This document shows, piece by piece, positions 1 to 11,231 of a DNA stretch of 64,000 nt (position 1 is its first letter; every line of letters begins with the position of its first letter). Origin of the DNA: Auanema rhodensis. Taxonomy: Eukaryota > Animalia > Nematoda. A program made the translations under genes and the position numbers. The stretch covers positions 19,282,001 through 19,346,000 of the forward strand of contig OZ059897.1 of NCBI GenBank assembly GCA_964057225.1, given 5' to 3'. The notes below the pieces were generated by a model, which searched no databases, had not been told where the DNA came from, and saw nothing but the letters and a program-made list of their open reading frames with translations.

Positions 1-51
1 CGCTTAATACAAAAATTAGTTATGATCGTTTGAAAAATGATGCATTAGTGT

Positions 52-79
52 ATGTTGAGTTTCCATGTACACTCAACAT
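52..79. other. Inverted repeat H1 (9-bp arms, 10-nt spacer), present in each monomer
   Basis: ATGTTGAGT (52-60) is the exact reverse complement of ACTCAACAT (71-79). Confidence 0.9.
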
Positions 80-93
80 TGCTTCCAAAAACA

Positions 94-126
94 TTTTGAC
101 AAAAATTTTTTCGAAAAATTTCAAAA
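94..126. other. Cluster of overlapping A/T-tract palindromes H2, present in each monomer
   Basis: TTTTG-A-CAAAA (94-104), AAAAATTTTT (101-110), TTTTTCGAAAAA (107-118), and outer arms TTTTGA (94-99) / TCAAAA (121-126). Confidence 0.8.
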
Positions 127-229
127 TAATTTAGCAAAAAGTAGATGTTTTTAGATTCCTTTTTTCAAGGCAAAGACGATGGACAATGTTATTCAACGAA
201 AAAATTAATTCTTCAGGGTGAAAATCGAG

Positions 230-251
230 GATATAAGTGTGAACTTATATC
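230..251 (+). other. Inverted repeat H3 (9-bp arms, 4-nt GTRA loop), present in each monomer
   Basis: GATATAAGT (230-238) is the exact reverse complement of ACTTATATC (243-251). The loop is GTGA or GTAA depending on the monomer. Confidence 0.9.
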
Positions 252-612
252 AGTTGATATCTCGGTACATTTTAAAGCTAGCGCAAATCTGATAACATAG
301 ATCGACGCAGCTTAAAAATCCGCATCGAATGCACTATACTACATGGAAGAACGCTTAATACAAAAATTAGTTATGATCGTTTGAAAAATGATGCATTAGT
401 GTATGTTGAGTTTCCATATACACTCAACATTGCTTCCAAAAACATTTTGACAAAAATTTTTTCGAAAAATTTCAAGATAATTTAGCAAAAAGTAGATGTT
501 TTTAGATTCCTTTTTTCAAGGCAAAGACGATGGACAATGTTATTTAACGAAAAAATTAATTCTTCAGGGTGAAAATCGAGGATATAAGTGTAAACTTATA
601 TCAGTTGATATC

Positions 613-679
613 TCGGTGCATTTTTAAGCTAGCGCAAATCTGATAACACAGATCGACGCAGCTTAAAAATCCGCATCGA
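613..679. other. Long imperfect foldback H4 (p262-328; shown in monomer 2), present in each monomer
   Basis: Nested arms: TCGGTGC/GCATCGA (one G-T pair), ATTTTTAAGCT/AGCTTAAAAAT (11 bp perfect), GCG/CGC and ATCTG/CAGAT, around the loop ATAACA. Confidence 0.85.
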
Positions 680-3600
680 ATGCACTATACTACATTGAGA
701 AACGCTTAATACAAAAATTAGTTATGATCGTTTGAAAAATGATGCATTAGTGTATGTTGAGTTTCCATGTACACTCAACATTGCTTCCAAAAACATTTTG
801 ACAAAAATTTTTTCGAAAAATTTCAAGATAATTTAGCAAAAAGTAGATGTTTTTAGATTCCTTTTTTCAAGGCAAAGACGATGGACAATGTTATTCAACG
901 AAAAAATTAATTCTTCAGGGTGAAAATCGAGGATATAAGTGTGAACTTATATCAGTTGATATCTCGGTACATTTTTAAGCTAGCGCAAATCTGATAACAC
1001 AGATCGACGCAGCTTAAAAATCCGCATCGAATGCACTATACTACATTGAGAAACGCTTAATACAAAAATTAGTTATGATCGTTTGAAAAATGATGCATTA
1101 GTGTATGTTGAGTTTCCATGTACACTCAACATTGCTTCCAAAAACATTTTGACAAAAATTTTTTCGAAAAATTTCAAGATAATTTAGCAAAAAGTAGATG
1201 TTTTTAGATTCCTTTTTTCAAGGCAAAGACGATGGACAATGTTATTTAACGAAAAAATTAATTCTTCAGGGTGAAAATCGAGGATATAAGTGTAAACTTA
1301 TATCAGTTGATATCTCGGTGCATTTTTAAGCTAGCGCAAATCTGATAACACAGATCGACGCAGCTTAAAAATCCGCATCGAATGCACTATACTACATTGA
1401 GAAACGCTTAATACAAAAATTAGTTATGATCGTTTGAAAAATGATGCATTAGTGTATGTTGAGTTTCCATGTACACTCAACATTGCTTCCAAAAACATTT
1501 TGACAAAAATTTTTTCGAAAAATTTCAAAATAATTTAGCAAAAAGTAGATGTTTTTAGATTCCTTTTTTCAAGGCAAAGACGATGGACAATGTTATTCAA
1601 CGAAAAAATTAATTCTTCAGGGTGAAAATCGAGGATATAAGTGTGAACTTATATCAGTTGATATCTCGGTACATTTTTAAGCTAGCGCAAATCTGATAAC
1701 ATAGATCGACGCAGCTTAAAAATCCGCATCGAATGCACTATACTACATGGAAGAACGCTTAATACAAAAATTAGTTATGATCGTTTGAAAAATGATGCAT
1801 TAGTGTATGTTGAGTTTCCATGTACACTCAACATTGCTTCCAAAAACATTTTGACAAAAATTTTTTCGAAAAATTTCAAAATAATTTAGCAAAAAGTAGA
1901 TGTTTTTAGATTCCTTTTTTCAAGGCAAAGACGATGGACAATGTTATTCAACGAAAAAATTAATTCTTCAGGGTGAAAATCGAGGATATAAGTGTGAACT
2001 TATATCAGTTGATATCTCGGTACATTTTTAAGCTAGCGCAAATCTGATAACATAGATCGACGCAGCTTAAAAATCCGCATCGAATGCACTATACTACATG
2101 AAAGAACGCTTAATACAAAAATTAGTTATGATCGTTTGAAAAATGATGCATTAGTGTATGTTGAGTTTCCATATACACTCAACATTGCTTCCAAAAACAT
2201 TTTGACAAAAATTTTTTCGAAAAATTTCAAGATAATTTAGCAAAAAGTAGATGTTTTTAGATTCCTTTTTTCAAGGCAAAGACGATGGACAATGTTATTT
2301 AACGAAAAAATTAATTCTTCAGGGTGAAAATCGAGGATATAAGTGTAAACTTATATCAGTTGATATCTCGGTGCATTTGTAAGCTAGCGCAAATCTGATA
2401 ACACAGATCGACGCAGCTTAAAAATCCGCATCGAATGCACTATACTACATTGAGAAACGCTTAATACAAAAATTAGTTATGATCGTTTGAAAAATGATGC
2501 ATTAGTGTATGTTGAGTTTCCATGTACACTCAACATTGCTTCCAAAAACATTTTGACAAAAATTTTTTCGAAAAATTTCAAAATAATTTAGCGAAAAGTA
2601 GATGTTTTTAGATTCCTTTTTTCAAGGCAAAGACGATGGACAATGTTATTTAACGAAAAAATTAATTCTTCAGGGTGAAAATCGAGGATATAAGTGTAAA
2701 CTTATATCAGTTGATATCTCGGTGCATTTTTAAGCTAGCGCAAATCTGATAACACAGATCGACGCAGCTTAAAAATCCGCATCGAATGCACTATACTATA
2801 TGGAAGAACGCTTAATACAAAAATTAGTTATGATCGTTTGAAAAATGATGCATTAGTGTATGTTGAGTTTCCATGTACACTCAACATTGCTTCCAAAAAC
2901 ATTTTGACAAAAATTTTTTCGAAAAATTTCAAAATAATTTAGCAAAAAGTAGATGTTTTTAGATTCCTTTTTTCAAGGCAAAGACGATGGACAATGTTAT
3001 TTAACGAAAAAATTAATTCTTCAGGGTGAAAATCGAGGATATAAGTGTAAACTTATATCAGTTGATATCTCGGTGCATTTTTAAGCTAGCGCAAATCTGA
3101 TAACACAGATCGACGCAGCTTAAAAATCCGCATCGAATGCACTATACTACATTGAGAAACGCTTAATACAAAAATTAGTTATGATCGTTTGAAAAATGAT
3201 GCATTAGTGTATGTTGAGTTTCCATGTACACTCAACATTGCTTCCAAAAACATTTTGACAAAAATTTTTTCGAAAAATTTCAAAATAATTTAGCAAAAAG
3301 TAGATGTTTTTAGATTCCTTTTTTCAAGGCAAAGACGATGGACAATGTTATTTAACGAAAAAATTAATTCTTCAGGGTGAAAATCGAGGATATAAGTGTA
3401 AACTTATATCAGTTGATATCTCGGTGCATTTTTAAGCTAGCGCAAATCTGATAACACAGATCGACGCAGCTTAAAAATCCGCATCGAATGCACTATACTA
3501 CATTGAGAAACGCTTAATACGAAAATTAGTTATGATCGTTTGAAAAATGATGCATTAGTGTATGTTGAGTTTCCATGTACACTCAACATTGCTTCCAAAA

Positions 3601-6600
3601 ACATTTTGACAAAAATTTTTTCGAAAAATTTCAAAATAATTTAGCAAAAAGTAGATGTTTTTAGATTCCTTTTTTCAAGGCAAAGACGATGGACAATGTT
3701 ATTCAACGAAAAAATTAATTCTTCAGGGTGAAAATCGAGGATATAAGTGTGAACTTATATCAGTTGATATCTCGGTACATTTTAAAGCTAGCGCAAATCT
3801 GATAACATAGATCGACGCAGCTTAAAAATCCGCATCGAATGCACTATACTACATGGAAGAACGCTTAATACAAAAATTAGTTATGATCGTTTGAAAAATG
3901 ATGCATTAGTGTATGTTGAGTTTCCATATACACTCAACATTGCTTCCAAAAACATTTTGACAAAAATTTTTTCGAAAAATTTCAAGATAATTTAGCAAAA
4001 AGTAGATGTTTTTAGATTCCTTTTTTCAAGGCAAAGACGATGGACAATGTTATTTAACGAAAAAATTAATTCTTCAGGGTGAAAATCGAGGATATAAGTG
4101 TAAACTTATATCAGTTGATATCTCGGTGCATTTTTAAGCTAGCGCAAATCTGATAACACAGATCGACGCAGCTTAAAAATCCGCATCGAATGCACTATAC
4201 TACATTGAGAAACGCTTAATACAAAAATTAGTTATGATCGTTTGAAAAATGATGCATTAGTGTATGTTGAGTTTCCATGTACACTCAACATTGCTTCCAA
4301 AAACATTTTGACAAAAATTTTTTCGAAAAATTTCAAGATAATTTAGCAAAAAGTAGATGTTTTTAGATTCCTTTTTTCAAGGCAAAGACGATGGACAATG
4401 TTATTCAACGAAAAAATTAATTCTTCAGGGTGAAAATCGAGGATATAAGTGTGAACTTATATCAGTTGATATCTCGGTACATTTTTAAGCTAGCGCAAAT
4501 CTGATAACACAGATCGACGCAGCTTAAAAATCCGCATCGAATGCACTATACTACATTGAGAAACGCTTTATACAAAAATTAGTTATGATCGTTTGAAAAA
4601 TGATGCATTAGTGTATGTTGAGTTTCCATGTACACTCAACATTGCTTCCAAAAACATTTTGACAAAAATTTTTTCGAAAAATTTCAAGATAATTTAGCAA
4701 AAAGTAGATGTTTTTAGATTCCTTTTTTCAAGGCAAAGACGATGGACAATGTTATTTAACGAAAAAATTAATTCTTCAGGGTGAAAATCGAGGATATAAG
4801 TGTAAACTTATATCAGTTGATATCTCGGTGCATTTTTAAGCTAGCGCAAATCTGATAACACAGATCGACGCAGCTTAAAAATCCGCATCGAATGCACTAT
4901 ACTACATTGAGAAACGCTTAATACAAAAATTAGTTATGATCGTTTGAAAAATGATGCATTAGTGTATGTTGAGTTTCCATGTACACTCAACATTGCTTCC
5001 AAAAACATTTTGACAAAAATTTTTTCGAAAAATTTCAAAATAATTTAGCAAAAAGTAGATGTTTTTAGATTCCTTTTTTCAAGGCAAAGACGATGGACAA
5101 TGTTATTCAACGAAAAAATTAATTCTTCAGGGTGAAAATCGAGGATATAAGTGTGAACTTATATCAGTTGATATCTCGGTACATTTTTAAGCTAGCGCAA
5201 ATCTGATAACATAGATCGACGCAGCTTAAAAATCCGCATCGAATGCACTATACTACATGGAAGAACGCTTAATACAAAAATTAGTTATGATCGTTTGAAA
5301 AATGATGCATTAGTGTATGTTGAGTTTCCATATACACTCAACATTGCTTCCAAAAACATTTTGACAAAAATTTTTTCGAAAAATTTCAAGATAATTTAGC
5401 AAAAAGTAGATGTTTTTAGATTCCTTTTTTCAAGGCAAAGACGATGGACAATGTTATTTAACGAAAAAATTAATTCTTCAGGGTGAAAATCGAGGATATA
5501 AGTGTAAACTTATATCAGTTGATATCTCGGTGCATATTTAAGCTAGCGCAAATCTGATAACACAGATCGACGCAGCTTAAAAATCCGCATCGAATGCACT
5601 ATACTACATGGAAGAACGCTTAATACAAAAATTAGTTATGATCGTTTGAAAAATGATGCATTAGTGTATGTTGAGTTTCCATGTACACTCAACATTGCTT
5701 CCAAAAACATTTTGACAAAAATTTTTTCGAAAAATTTCAAAATAATTTAGCAAAAAGTAGATGTTTTTAGATTCCTTTTTTCAAGGCAAAGACGATGGAC
5801 AATGTTATTCAACGAAAAAATTAATTCTTCAGGGTGAAAATCGAGGATATAAGTGTAAACTTATATCAGTTGATATCTCGGTGCATTTTTAAGCTAGCGC
5901 AAATCTGATAACACAGATCGACGCAGCTTAAAAATCCGCATCGAATGCACTATACTACATTGAGAAACGCTTAATACGAAAATTAGTTATGATCGTTTGA
6001 AAAATGATGCATTAGTGTATGTTGAGTTTCCATGTACACTCAACATTGCTTCCAAAAACATTTTGACAAAAATTTTTTCGAAAAATTTCAAAATAATTTA
6101 GCAAAAAGTAGATGTTTTTAGATTCCTTTTTTCAAGGCAAAGACGATGGACAATGTTATTCAACGAAAAAATTAATTCTTCAGGGTGAAAATCGAGGATA
6201 TAAGTGTGAACTTATATCAGTTGATATCTCGGTACATTTTAAAGCTAGCGCAAATCTGATAACATAGATCGACGCAGCTTAAAAATCCGCATCGAATGCA
6301 CTATACTACATGGAAGAACGCTTAATACAAAAATTAGTTATGATCGTTTGAAAAATGATGCATTAGTGTATGTTGAGTTTCCATATACACTCAACATTGC
6401 TTCCAAAAACATTTTGACAAAAATTTTTTCGAAAAATTTCAAGATAATTTAGCAAAAAGTAGATGTTTTTAGATTCCTTTTTTCAAGGCAAAGACGATGG
6501 ACAATGTTATTTAACGAAAAAATTAATTCTTCAGGGTGAAAATCGAGGATATAAGTGTAAACTTATATCAGTTGATATCTCGGTGCATTTTTAAGCTAGC

Positions 6601-9600
6601 GCAAATCTGATAACACAGATCGACGCAGCTTAAAAATCCGCATCGAATGCACTATACTACATTGAGAAACGCTTAATACAAAAATTAGTTATGATCGTTT
6701 GAAAAATGATGCATTAGTGTATGTTGAGTTTCCATGTACACTCAACATTGCTTCCAAAAACATTTTGACAAAAATTTTTTCGAAAAATTTCAAGATAATT
6801 TAGCAAAAAGTAGATGTTTTTAGATTCCTTTTTTCAAGGCAAAGACGATGGACAATGTTATTCAACGAAAAAATTAATTCTTCAGGGTGAAAATCGAGGA
6901 TATAAGTGTGAACTTATATCAGTTGATATCTCGGTACATTTTTAAGCTAGCGCAAATCTGATAACACAGATCGACGCAGCTTAAAAATCCGCATCGAATG
7001 CACTATACTACATTGAGAAACGCTTTATACAAAAATTAGTTATGATCGTTTGAAAAATGATGCATTAGTGTATGTTGAGTTTCCATGTACACTCAACATT
7101 GCTTCCAAAAACATTTTGACAAAAATTTTTTCGAAAAATTTCAAGATAATTTAGCAAAAAGTAGATGTTTTTAGATTCCTTTTTTCAAGGCAAAGACGAT
7201 GGACAATGTTATTTAACGAAAAAATTAATTCTTCAGGGTGAAAATCGAGGATATAAGTGTAAACTTATATCAGTTGATATCTCGGTGCATTTTTAAGCTA
7301 GCGCAAATCTGATAACACAGATCGACGCAGCTTAAAAATCCGCATCGAATGCACTATACTACATTGAGAAACGCTTAATACAAAAATTAGTTATGATCGT
7401 TTGAAAAATGATGCATTAGTGTATGTTGAGTTTCCATGTACACTCAACATTGCTTCCAAAAACATTTTGACAAAAATTTTTTCGAAAAATTTCAAAATAA
7501 TTTAGCAAAAAGTAGATGTTTTTAGATTCCTTTTTTCAAGGCAAAGACGATGGACAATGTTATTCAACGAAAAAATTAATTCTTCAGGGTGAAAATCGAG
7601 GATATAAGTGTAAACTTATATCAGTTGATATCTCGGTGCATTTTTAAGCTAGCGCAAATCTGATAACACAGATCGACGCAGCTTAAAAATCCGCATCGAA
7701 TGCACTATACTACATTGAGAAACGCTTAATACGAAAATTAGTTATGATCGTTTGAAAAATGATGCATTAGTGTATGTTGAGTTTCCATGTACACTCAACA
7801 TTGCTTCCAAAAACATTTTGACAAAAATTTTTTCGAAAAATTTCAAAATAATTTAGCAAAAAGTAGATGTTTTTAGATTCCTTTTTTCAAGGCAAAGACG
7901 ATGGACAATGTTATTCAACGAAAAAATTAATTCTTCAGGGTGAAAATCGAGGATATAAGTGTAAACTTATATCAGTTGATATCTCGGTGCATTTTTAAGC
8001 TAGCGCAAATCTGATAACACAGATCGACGCAGCTTAAAAATCCGCATCGAATGCACTATACTACATTGAGAAACGCTTAATACAAACTTAGTTATGATCG
8101 TTTGAAAAATGATGCATTAGTGTATGTTGAGTTTCCATGTACACTCAACATTGCTTCCAAAAACATTTTGACAAAAATTTTTTCGAAAAATTTCAAAATA
8201 ATTTAGCAAAAAGTAGATGTTTTTAGATTCCTTTTTTCAAGGCAAAGACGATGGACAATGTTATTCAACGAAAAAATTAATTCTTCAGGGTGAAAATCGA
8301 GGATATAAGTGTGAACTTATATCAGTTGATATCTCGGTACATTTTTAAGCTAGCGCAAATCTGATAACATAGATCGACGCAGCTTAAAAATCCGCATCGA
8401 ATGCACTTTACTACATGGAAGAACGCTTAATACAAAAATTAGTTATGATCGTTTGAAAAATGATGCATTAGTGTATGTTGAGTTTCCATATACACTCAAC
8501 ATTGCTTCCAAAAACATTTTGACAAAAATTTTTTCGAAAAATTTCAAGATAATTTAGCAAAAAGTAGATGTTTTTAGATTCCTTTTTTCAAGGCAAAGAC
8601 GATGGACAATGTTATTTAACGAAAAAATTAATTCTTCAGGGTGAAAATCGAGGATATAAGTGTAAACTTATATCAGTTGATATCTCGGTGCATTTTTAAG
8701 CTAGCGCAAATCTGATAACACAGATCGACGCAGCTTAAAAATCCGCATCGAATGCACTATACTACATGGAAGAACGCTTAATACAAAAATTAGTTATGAT
8801 CGTTTGAAAAATGATGCATTAGTGTATGTTGAGTTTCCATGTACACTCAACATTGCTTCCAAAAACATTTTGACAAAAATTTTTTCGAAAAATTTCAAGA
8901 TAATTTAGCAAAAAGTAGATGTTTTTAGATTCCTTTTTTCAAGGCAAAGACGATGGACAATGTTATTCAACGAAAAAATTAATTCTTCAGGGTGAAAATC
9001 GAGGATATAAGTGTGAACTTATATCAGTTGATATCTCGGTACATTTTTAAGCTAGCGCAAATCTGATAACATAGATCGACGCAGCTTAAAAATCCGCATC
9101 GAATGCACTATACTACATGGAAGAACGCTTAATACAAAAATTAGTTATGATCGTTTGAAAAATGATGCATTAGTGTATGTTGAGTTTCCATGTACACTCA
9201 ACATTGCTTCCAAAAACATTTTGACAAAAATTTTTTCGAAAAATTTCAAAATAATTTAGCAAAAAGTAGATGTTTTTAGATTCCTTTTTTCAAGGCAAAG
9301 ACGATGGACAATGTTATTCAACGAAAAAATTAATTCTTCAGGGTGAAAATCGAGGATATAAGTGTGAACTTATATCAGTTGATATCTCGGTACATTTTTA
9401 AGCTAGCGCAAATCTGATAACATAGATCGACGCAGCTTAAAAATCCGCATCGAATGCACTATACTACATGGAAGAACGCTTAATACAAAAATTAGTTATG
9501 ATCGTTTGAAAAATGATGCATTAGTGTATGTTGAGTTTCCATATACACTCAACATTGCTTCCAAAAACATTTTGACAAAAATTTTTTCGAAAAATTTCAA

Positions 9601-11231
9601 GATAATTTAGCAAAAAGTAGATGTTTTTAGATTCCTTTTTTCAAGGCAAAGACGATGGACAATGTTATTTAACGAAAAAATTAATTCTTCAGGGTGAAAA
9701 TCGAGGATATAAGTGTAAACTTATATCAGTTGATATCTCGGTGCATTTTTAAGCTAGCGCAAATCTGATAACACAGATCGACGCAGCTTAAAAATCCGCA
9801 TCGAATGCACTATACTACATTGAGAAACGCTTAATACAAAAATTAGTTATGATCGTTTGAAAAATGATGCATTAGTGTATGTTGAGTTTCCATGTACACT
9901 CAACATTGCTTCCAAAAACATTTTGACAAAAATTTTTTCGAAAAATTTCAAAATAATTTAGCAAAAAGTAGATGTTTTTAGATTCCTTTTTTCAAGGCAA
10001 AGACGATGGACAATGTTATTTAACGAAAAAATTAATTCTTCAGGGTGAAAATCGAGGATATAAGTGTAAACTTATATCAGTTGATATCTCGGTGCATTTT
10101 TAAGCTAGCGCAAATCTGATAACACAGATCGACGCAGCTTAAAAATCCGCATCGAATGCACTATACTACATTGAGAAACGCTTAATACAAAAATTAGTTA
10201 TGATCGTTTGAAAAATGATGCATTAGTGTATGTTGAGTTTCCATGTACACTCAACATTGCTTCCAAAAACATTTTGACAAAAATTTTTTCGAAAAATTTC
10301 AAAATAATTTAGCAAAAAGTAGATGTTTTTAGATTCCTTTTTTCAAGGCAAAGACGATGGACAATGTTATTTAACGAAAAAATTAATTCTTCAGGGTGAA
10401 AATCGAGGATATAAGTGTAAACTTATATCAGTTGATATCTCGGTGCATTTTTAAGCTAGCGCAAATCTGATAACACAGATCGACGCAGCTTAAAAATCCG
10501 CATCGAATGCACTATACTACATTGAGAAACGCTTAATACAAAAATTAGTTATGATCGTTTGAAAAATGATGCATTAGTGTATGTTGAGTTTCCATGTACA
10601 CTCAACATTGCTTCCAAAAACATTTTGACAAAAATTTTTTCGAAAAATTTCAAAATAATTTAGCAAAAAGTAGATGTTTTTAGATTCCTTTTTTCAAGGC
10701 AAAGACGATGGACAATGTTATTTAACGAAAAAATTAATTCTTCAGGGTGAAAATCGAGGATATAAGTGTAAACTTATATCAGTTGATATCTCGGTGCATT
10801 TTTAAGCTAGCGCAAATCTGATAACACAGATCGACGCAGCTTAAAAATCCGCATCGAATGCACTATACTACATTGAGAAACGCTTAATACAAAAATTAGT
10901 TATGATCGTTTGAAAAATGATGCATTAGTGTATGTTGAGTTTCCATGTACACTCAACATTGCTTCCAAAAACATTTTGACAAAAATTTTTTCGAAAAATT
11001 TCAAAATAATTTAGCAAAAAGTAGATGTTTTTAGATTCCTTTTTTCAAGGCAAAGACGATGGACAATGTTATTTAACGAAAAAATTAATTCTTCAGGGTG
11101 AAAATCGAGGATATAAGTGTAAACTTATATCAGTTGATATCTCGGTGCATTTTTAAGCTAGCGCAAATCTGATAACACAGATCGACGCAGCTTAAAAATC
11201 CGCATCGAATGCACTATACTATATGGAAGAA

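Larger units (their letters stand above)
1..351. repeat. Reference monomer (351 bp, ~69% AT, many A/T tracts)
   Basis: First full period; the phase is arbitrary. Hand count gives 52 C and 57 G. It has a single NheI site (GCTAGC, 277-282) and four TCGA sites (111, 225, 302, 325). Confidence 0.97.
1..9827. repeat. Array domain 1 (monomers 1-28)
   Basis: Variants G67A (CATATAC), C298T (ACATAGAT), T274A and the CAAGATAA form of A125G are common here and were not seen after ~9.8 kb. Confidence 0.8.

Noticed and set aside
87-165. Helically phased A-tracts causing intrinsic curvature
   Set aside because: The tracts are spaced irregularly (about 7-14 bp) and switch strands. The claim cannot be supported without a curvature calculation.
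185-201. CENP-B box-like TTCGTTGAA on the minus strand
   Set aside because: It lacks the required CGGG half of the NTTCGNNNNANNCGGGN motif.
110-216. Hammerhead ribozyme / retrozyme: CUGAAGA core on the minus strand (216-210) in a ~350-bp tandem repeat
   Set aside because: No helix II can be formed between CUGAAGA and the downstream GAAA motifs. The + strand CUGAUAA (289-295) is non-canonical and also lacks helix II. An RNAMotif or Infernal search on a monomer dimer would settle it.
230-281. Helitron 3' end (hairpin followed by CTAG)
   Set aside because: CTAG at 278-281 is followed by C rather than T, lies inside the H4 foldback, and has no GC-rich hairpin at the expected short distance upstream.
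1-351. Monomer length is a multiple of 3 (117 codons), suggesting a repetitive protein gene
   Set aside because: Stops occur in all three + frames (TGA 31-33, TAA 5-7, TAG 132-134) and all three - frames (TTA on + at 4-6, 20-22, 45-47) in essentially every copy.
1-351. Drosophila 1.688 (353-360 bp) family, or tandem 5S rRNA, tRNA, snRNA or spliced-leader gene units
   Set aside because: Similar unit size only. I recognise no sequence similarity to the 359-bp consensus or to these RNA genes. A database search was not possible.
343-384. Short ORF MEERLIQKLVMIV created by the GGAAGAA allele
   Set aside because: Only 13 codons, absent from most monomers, and expected by chance.
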